From: an uncultured Rhodobacteraceae bacterium
GTDB taxonomy: Bacteria > Pseudomonadota > Alphaproteobacteria > Rhodobacterales > Rhodobacteraceae
Assembly: GCA_937924905.1 (NCBI GenBank)
Contig: CALDUK010000015.1
Coordinates: 3,267 to 67,266, forward strand
Direction of reading: 5' to 3'
Length of the DNA stretch: 64,000 bases
Shown: one piece after another, positions 58,467-64,000 of the stretch
Layout: each line of letters starts with the position of its first letter
How positions within the stretch are numbered: the stretch's first letter is position 1
Notes under the pieces: generated by a model
Databases searched by the model: none
What the model was told of the DNA's origin: nothing
What the model saw: the letters and a program-made list of their open reading frames with translations, nothing else
Made by a program: the position numbers and the translations under genes

Positions 58467-59222
58467 CTACCCGTCCCAAATTGGCAGCCCAAGCAGGGCC
58501 GAGGCGGCAATAATGCCATATGCCACGCGCCGGTAAAGCGTTTCATATCCCGGACGGAACATAAACGCGCCCACCCCGTTGCCGATCAGATAGGGCAAAA
58601 TCATCAGCGCGCCCAAAACAACCGCCGTGCCGACCATCAGACCTTTCCACATCAAAACCGCCAGCAACAGGATATCGGCCAGAATCAGATAAAGCGTGTT
58701 ATTCGCCCGGATGGTCTTGGCAGGCAGGTTTGACGACATAAACAAAAGGATCACAGGCGGCCCCGGCAAGCCGACACTGCCGCCCAAAAGCCCGCCTGTT
58801 GCGCCGGTTCCAAAGATCAAAGGTTTGGTGATGGGCCCCCGATACCGAAGCCCCGCGATCAGGCAAACCAGCAACCCAAGGGCCACCAGCGATACACCCC
58901 AGCGAAACACATGCGCAGGCACAAGCGTCAGCAACCAAACGCCCACGGGCACGGCCAAGGCGGCCCCCAGCCCCAATCGCATGACATCTCCGGGTTGTCC
59001 GTCGCGCAACGCGCGGGGCACATGGATCAGGGGCGCGGTCAGGTCTTTGATGATCAACGTCGTCAGCGCCTCGAACGGCCCCAAAACCTGACCCGCCACC
59101 GGCAAATAGATCATTGCCGTGCCAAACCCGGCAAAGCCGCGCACAATGCCGGCCAACAATGCACCGAATGCAAGAAACCAAATTCCGTCGGTCGCCAAAG
59201 CCGCCGACAGAGCGTCAGGCAT
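58467..59222 (-). CDS. TauE/SafE-family membrane transporter
   Basis: AGIVRGFAGFG, GGSVGLPGPP; highly hydrophobic. Confidence 0.85.
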   Translation of the reverse strand: MPDALSAALATDGIWFLAFGALLAGIVRGFAGFGTAMIYLPVAGQVLGPFEALTTLIIKDLTAPLIHVPRALRDGQPGDVMRLGLGAALAVPVGVWLLTLVPAHVFRWGVSLVALGLLVCLIAGLRYRGPITKPLIFGTGATGGLLGGSVGLPGPPVILLFMSSNLPAKTIRANNTLYLILADILLLAVLMWKGLMVGTAVVLGALMILPYLIGNGVGAFMFRPGYETLYRRVAYGIIAASALLGLPIWDG

Positions 59223-60192
59223 CGACGTTGCTGAATTGCGTACCAGCGCCCCCGCCACCTTCGCCCGGCTGCGACCAGTCGCGTTTGACGCCCAGCATCA
59301 AGACAACGTTTTTCGCCACGTAGACCGATGAATAGGTGCCGATCACAACACCCCAGGTGATGGCAAAAACAAAGCCCCGGATCACATCGCCGCCAAAGAT
59401 CAACAAAGCGATCAGCGCCAAAAGCGTGGTGCCCGAGGTCATCAAAGTCCGGCTGAGTGTCTCGTTCACGGTGCGATTCATCACCTCGACCAATGCGGTC
59501 TTCTTGAACTTGCGCAGGTTCTCCCGAAGCCGGTCAAAGATCACGACCGTGTCGTTGATCGAGTACCCCACGATGGTCAAAATCGCCGCGATCGTGGCCA
59601 GATCGAATCGGATCTGCAGCAGGCTGAAAATCCCAATGGTGATGATCACATCATGGAACAAGGCCGCGACTGCGCCGATGGAAAACTGCCATTCAAAGCG
59701 CAGCCAGATATACACCAGAATGGCCCCTAAAGCCGCCAGAATGGCGATCAGGGCGGTTTGCACCAGTTCGCCCGACACTTCGGGGCCAACGGATTCAACC
59801 GCCGAGAAGGTGATCGTCGGATCCACCTCGCCAAGTGCGCTTTTGATCGACGCGATCATTTCGGTCGATGCGCTTTCCTGGCCTTCCTGTGCCTGAATGG
59901 TGATAGCGGCGACGTTCTGATCGGCGCGGAAGGTCGGATCGAACACCCCGACGACGCTGACCTCGCCCAGTCCCAAAGGCTCTATCGCGGCGCGATAAGC
60001 GCCTGCATCGACGGGGGCCGTGGCTTCGGTCCGGATGGTGGTGCCGCCTGTGAAATCAATGCCAAAGTTCAGCCCGACGGTCAGCCAAAGCAGGATCGAC
60101 GCGATTATCGCAAAGATCGAGACGCCCATAGTGATCGTCCGAAACCGGAAGAAATCGAAGTTCGTTTCCTGCGGAACAAGTCTTAGCCGCAT
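59215..60192 (-). CDS. secF: Protein translocase subunit SecF
   Basis: GLNFGIDFTGG, YIWLRFEW, GYSINDTVVIFDRLREN. Confidence 0.97.
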   Translation of the reverse strand: MRLRLVPQETNFDFFRFRTITMGVSIFAIIASILLWLTVGLNFGIDFTGGTTIRTEATAPVDAGAYRAAIEPLGLGEVSVVGVFDPTFRADQNVAAITIQAQEGQESASTEMIASIKSALGEVDPTITFSAVESVGPEVSGELVQTALIAILAALGAILVYIWLRFEWQFSIGAVAALFHDVIITIGIFSLLQIRFDLATIAAILTIVGYSINDTVVIFDRLRENLRKFKKTALVEVMNRTVNETLSRTLMTSGTTLLALIALLIFGGDVIRGFVFAITWGVVIGTYSSVYVAKNVVLMLGVKRDWSQPGEGGGGAGTQFSNVDA

Positions 60193-60193
60193 C

Positions 60194-61855
60194 TTACACC
60201 TCGATCGTTTTGGGACGGCGACGTTCAAACCAGACGACAACAAACAGCCGTGTGACGAAAATCGCAGTGAATACAGATGTGGCGATGCCGACCAGCAGCG
60301 TCACCCCAAACCCTTTGACCGGGCCTGACCCCAGGGCAAACAGGATCAACGCCGTAATGCCCGTGGTGATATTCGCGTCAATAATAGCCGACAGCGCTTT
60401 TTCATAGCCCAGCTCAATCGCGCGCGACGGGCCTTTCGCTGTCTTCAATTCCTCGCGTATGCGCTCAAACACCAGCACATTGGCATCGACCGCCATACCG
60501 ATCGTCAGCACGATCCCGGCAATCCCCGGCAGCGTCAGTGTTGCGCCGACAACCGACAGGACGCCCAGCAAAAGACCCACATTCAGGATCAGCGCGACAT
60601 TGGCGAACAGACCAAAGAGACCATAGCTTGCGGCCATAAAGACCATAACGCCGATAAAGGCGATCACGCAGGCAATCCGGCCCGCATCAATCGAATCCTG
60701 TCCCAACGTCGGGCTGACAGTGCGTTCTTCCAGAAAATCAAGATCCGCCGGCAAGGCCCCTGCCCGCAACAGCACCGCCAGTTCGGTTGACCCTTCGACG
60801 GTAAAGTTTCCTGTGATCTGGCCCGAACCGCCGCAAATGGGTTCGCGGATCTGCGGGGCCGTGATCACTTCGTTGTCCAGAACTGTGGCAAACAAAGCGC
60901 CTGTGTTTTCGGTGGTGAAATTACAGAAAATACGCGCGCCGGATGGGTTGAACCGGAAATTCACAGACGGTTGCCCGTTCTGATCGAACCCCGGTTGTGC
61001 ATCGGTCAGTTCGTCGCCGGTCAGTACCGGTGTGCCTTCGACCACATAGAACCCACCTTCGGGTTCGATATCCGGCAAAAGGATGTTGCCCGGCCCCGGG
61101 TTGGCGTCGCCGCTGCCGGTTGCGCGGATCACAGGGTGAAAAGTCAGTCGCGCAGGCGTGCCGATCCGGCCTTTCAATTCCTCGCCCGAGACACCCGGCA
61201 CCTGTATCAAAACCCGGTCGGTGCCCTGACGCGTGATTGACGGTTCGGTCGTGCCATCCGGGTCGATCCGGCGGCGCAGAATTTCCTGGGTCTGAAGAAG
61301 CGTGCGCGTGTCGGTCGCTAGCTTTTCTTCCTCGCTCAATTCGATCGTCAGCACATTGCCCTGGCCGGACACTTGCAAGGTTTGCGCGGCAAGCCCGGTC
61401 AGGCTGACGACCGGTTCGGCCAGTTGCCGTGCCTCGATCAATGCCTGGTTCAGCGCGTCTGCGTTCTGAATACGGACCTGCAAGACACCGTTCGGCGCGC
61501 CATCGACGCGTTCGACAAAGCCCACCTGATCGCGCACCGCCACCAGCCGTTCGCGCACATCCGGCCACAGACCGTCCATCCGGGTTTGATAAACGTCTTC
61601 GACCTGCACCTTGACCAAAAGCTGTGCCCCGCCGCGCAAATCCAGCCCCAGGTTCACCAGCGTCGATGGCAAAAGCGATGGCCAGGCCGCCAAATCCGCT
61701 TCGCGTTCCGATGTTGTGCCCAGTTGCTCAATCTCGATTGCGGCGCTGTTATGCGTCTCGACGGCGCCATAGAAAAAATTCGGCATCGAGAAAAGCAAGC
61801 CGCAGAAACAGACGCCCAGAATAAGCACCCGTTTCCATAAAGGAATTTGAAGCAT
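60194..61855 (-). CDS. secD: Protein translocase subunit SecD
   Basis: NLGLDLRGG, LRAGALPA, GMAVDANVLVFERIREE. Confidence 0.97.
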   Translation of the reverse strand: MLQIPLWKRVLILGVCFCGLLFSMPNFFYGAVETHNSAAIEIEQLGTTSEREADLAAWPSLLPSTLVNLGLDLRGGAQLLVKVQVEDVYQTRMDGLWPDVRERLVAVRDQVGFVERVDGAPNGVLQVRIQNADALNQALIEARQLAEPVVSLTGLAAQTLQVSGQGNVLTIELSEEEKLATDTRTLLQTQEILRRRIDPDGTTEPSITRQGTDRVLIQVPGVSGEELKGRIGTPARLTFHPVIRATGSGDANPGPGNILLPDIEPEGGFYVVEGTPVLTGDELTDAQPGFDQNGQPSVNFRFNPSGARIFCNFTTENTGALFATVLDNEVITAPQIREPICGGSGQITGNFTVEGSTELAVLLRAGALPADLDFLEERTVSPTLGQDSIDAGRIACVIAFIGVMVFMAASYGLFGLFANVALILNVGLLLGVLSVVGATLTLPGIAGIVLTIGMAVDANVLVFERIREELKTAKGPSRAIELGYEKALSAIIDANITTGITALILFALGSGPVKGFGVTLLVGIATSVFTAIFVTRLFVVVWFERRRPKTIEV

Positions 61856-61901
61856 CAACGCGCCTCGATTTCAAAGGTTGGCAAAAATCCGACCGTGCCC
61901 A

Positions 61902-62225
61902 TCAGGTTGCCGGTTCGGTCTTGGAACGCACCTGCTGAACAGTGTGCTTGACCACGCGTACGTTGACGCCATCGGCAATCTCGACCTCGATCTCGCCGTC
62001 TTCGCGCACTTTGGTGACTTTGCCGACCAGACCGCCCTGCGTGACCACCTGATCGCCGCGCCGCAATGCTTCGACCATGGCCTGATGTTCCTTCAGCTTC
62101 TTTTGCTGCGGACGGATCAACAGAAAATAGAAGATGGCGAAAATCGCGATGAAGAAGGGAAGCTGGCTTAACAGCGAAGGTCCAGCGGACCCGGCGGCCT
62201 GTGCATAAGCGGGGGTGACAAGCAT
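61902..62225 (-). CDS. yajC: Preprotein translocase subunit YajC
   Basis: FYFLLIRPQQKK, LRRGDQVVTQGG. Confidence 0.96.
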   Translation of the reverse strand: MLVTPAYAQAAGSAGPSLLSQLPFFIAIFAIFYFLLIRPQQKKLKEHQAMVEALRRGDQVVTQGGLVGKVTKVREDGEIEVEIADGVNVRVVKHTVQQVRSKTEPAT

Positions 62226-62482
62226 GCGAATTTCCTTGTTCTTATGGCTGAAACCGTTGCCCGGTCCCGCTCTCTTTTCGGTTGGCGCGCACCCTATATC
62301 TGGGTCCGAAGCTTGGCAAGCAAGGGGCTGCGCGAAATAGACCGGAACCGGTAAATTCTGGCGGCGCAGCGGGCACAGGCCGCAAAGACCCAGCGTCGGG
62401 CGTGTTTCCTAAAGAATCGCCTCGCCTTTTTGCCGCCTCTCCGGCATATGACCGCTCGTAAAGTTCGATAAGGAGAGGACCA

Positions 62483-63772
62483 ATGCACGACATTCGCGCC
62501 ATTCGCGAAAACCCCGCCGCTTTTGACGCCGCCATGGCCCGTCGCGGACTGTCGGGCCTGTCGTCACAGATCCTTGCCCTGGACGAAGCGCGCCGCAGCC
62601 GCATCACCTCTGCCGAGGCCGCACAAGCCGACCGGAACGCCGCGTCGAAAGAGGTAGGAGCCGCAAAAGCCAAAGGCGATGAAGCCGAATTTGAACGGCT
62701 GCGCGCACTGGTCGCGGCGAAGAAAGACGAAATCGCGCGTCTGGAAGACGAAGCCAAAGCCGAAGACAGCCGGTTGCGGGACCTGCTGATGACCCTGCCC
62801 AACAGGCCGTATGACGATGTGCCTGATGGCGATGACGAAGACGACAATGTCGAAATGCATCGCTGGGGCGACCCCGTGCAGTTTGCGTTTGAGGCCAAAG
62901 AACACTTTGAGATCAAGGGCGTAAAGCCCGGAATGGATTTTGAAACGGCAGCCAAACTGTCGGGCTCGCGGTTTGTTCTGATGTCGGGGGCCGTGGCGCG
63001 TGTGCACCGGGCACTGGCTCAAATGATGCTGGATATTCATACGACCGAGAACGGGTTGACTGAAACGATTACGCCCGTGCTGGTCCGGGACGACGCGATG
63101 TATGGCACGAACCAGCTGCCGAAATTCGCCGAAGACAGCTATCGCACCACAGAGGGCATGTGGTTGATCCCGACCTCGGAAGTGACGCTGACGAATATCG
63201 TCCGCGAAACGATCATCGACGCCGATTACCTGCCCCGGCGCTATACGGCCCATTCACAGTGTTTCCGGTCCGAAGCCGGCAGCGCGGGCAAGGACACATC
63301 GGGCATGTTGCGCCAGCACCAGTTTGAAAAGGTCGAAATGGTGTCGGTCGTCCATCCCGACCAATCAGAAGACGAACAGCAGCGCATGTTGAAATGCGCC
63401 GAAGGCATTCTGGAACGTCTGGGCCTTGCCTATCGCACTGTGTGCCTGTGCACCGGCGATCTGGGGTTCGGCGCGCACCGCACCTTTGACATCGAGGTCT
63501 GGCTGCCCGGCCAAAACGCTTATCGCGAGATTTCCAGCGTGTCGACCTGTGGTGAGTTTCAGGCGCGCCGCATGAACGCGCGGTTCCGCGATGAAAACGG
63601 CAAGCCGCAATTCGTACACACGTTGAACGGATCGGGACTGGCCATCGGACGCACCCTGATTGCGGTGTTGGAAAACGGCCAAACTGCTGAAGGCGGCGTT
63701 GTGTTGCCACAAGGGCTTGGTCCTTGGCTGGGCGGCAAATCCCAAATCACGCCCGACGGCGCGCTGGTGTGA
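62483..63772 (+). CDS. serS: Serine--tRNA ligase
   Basis: [48 protein letters not shown]. Confidence 0.98.
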   Translation: MHDIRAIRENPAAFDAAMARRGLSGLSSQILALDEARRSRITSAEAAQADRNAASKEVGAAKAKGDEAEFERLRALVAAKKDEIARLEDEAKAEDSRLRDLLMTLPNRPYDDVPDGDDEDDNVEMHRWGDPVQFAFEAKEHFEIKGVKPGMDFETAAKLSGSRFVLMSGAVARVHRALAQMMLDIHTTENGLTETITPVLVRDDAMYGTNQLPKFAEDSYRTTEGMWLIPTSEVTLTNIVRETIIDADYLPRRYTAHSQCFRSEAGSAGKDTSGMLRQHQFEKVEMVSVVHPDQSEDEQQRMLKCAEGILERLGLAYRTVCLCTGDLGFGAHRTFDIEVWLPGQNAYREISSVSTCGEFQARRMNARFRDENGKPQFVHTLNGSGLAIGRTLIAVLENGQTAEGGVVLPQGLGPWLGGKSQITPDGALV

Positions 63773-63778
63773 CAGGAT

Positions 63779-63861
63779 GCGGCGCGCGTCCCCGCGCGCC
63801 GCGCCAAGCAAAGGGGCGTTGCCCCCTCGCGCTCCCCCAACATATTTTTACCAAGAAGAAG
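63779..63861. repeat. GC hairpin plus a REP-like intergenic element downstream of serS
   Basis: GCGGCGCGCG-TCCC-CGCGCGCCGC, then GGGGC-GTT-GCCCC...CCCCC-AACATATTTTTACCAAGAAGAAG; only one copy in the window. Confidence 0.45.
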
Positions 63862-64000
63862 TGAAGGGGGCTTAACCTTCTCTTGGCAAAGTCATGTCCA
63901 GGGGTCTGTGGTGTCTTGGTTCAGGCGTCCTGCGATCTGTTGCCGGGACAGCTAGAAGACCGATGCGGTGCCGGGCAAGTCGATGTGGGTTGGGTGGGTA

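Noticed and set aside
63871..64000. Possible 3' end of a minus-strand gene at the window edge
   Set aside because: Too short to assign a frame or product.
1..64000. CRISPR arrays, transposases, integrases, rRNA, toxin-antitoxin or defence genes
   Set aside because: No regularly spaced repeats or recognisable motifs seen by eye; short or divergent elements could have been missed.

Overview
Chromosomal window from an alphaproteobacterium. Gene content and order (yajC-secDF-ccm, pst-phoU-phoB, yicC-gmk, rpsB-tsf) suggest Rhodobacteraceae/Roseobacter group; this assignment is inference. The left ~28 kb is accessory metabolism. It holds a hydantoinase/oxoprolinase A gene cut by the window edge with a LysR regulator, and a 12-gene sugar ABC/catabolism locus of unknown substrate that includes a DeoM-like mutarotase. 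It also holds a triad of an MFS transporter, a GNAT/LuxI-like orphan and a LysR-HTH/PAS-like regulator, an AlgI/AlgJ/SGNH O-acetylation cassette, fahA with a broken maiA, a NitT/TauT ABC transporter, ribokinase and tRNA-Gly. The right ~36 kb is mostly core genes: hisH, hisB with an in-frame TAG, ycjXF, yicC-gmk, phoR-pstSCAB-phoU-phoB with a clear Pho box, rpsB-tsf, acnA, ccmABCDG, secDF-yajC and serS. I recognised no CRISPR array, transposase, integrase or rRNA. The best candidate for an undescribed system is the 15997-18992 triad, which has the layout of a small-molecule make/export/sense circuit built from non-canonical parts. All family calls come from motif recognition by eye, not from database searches.
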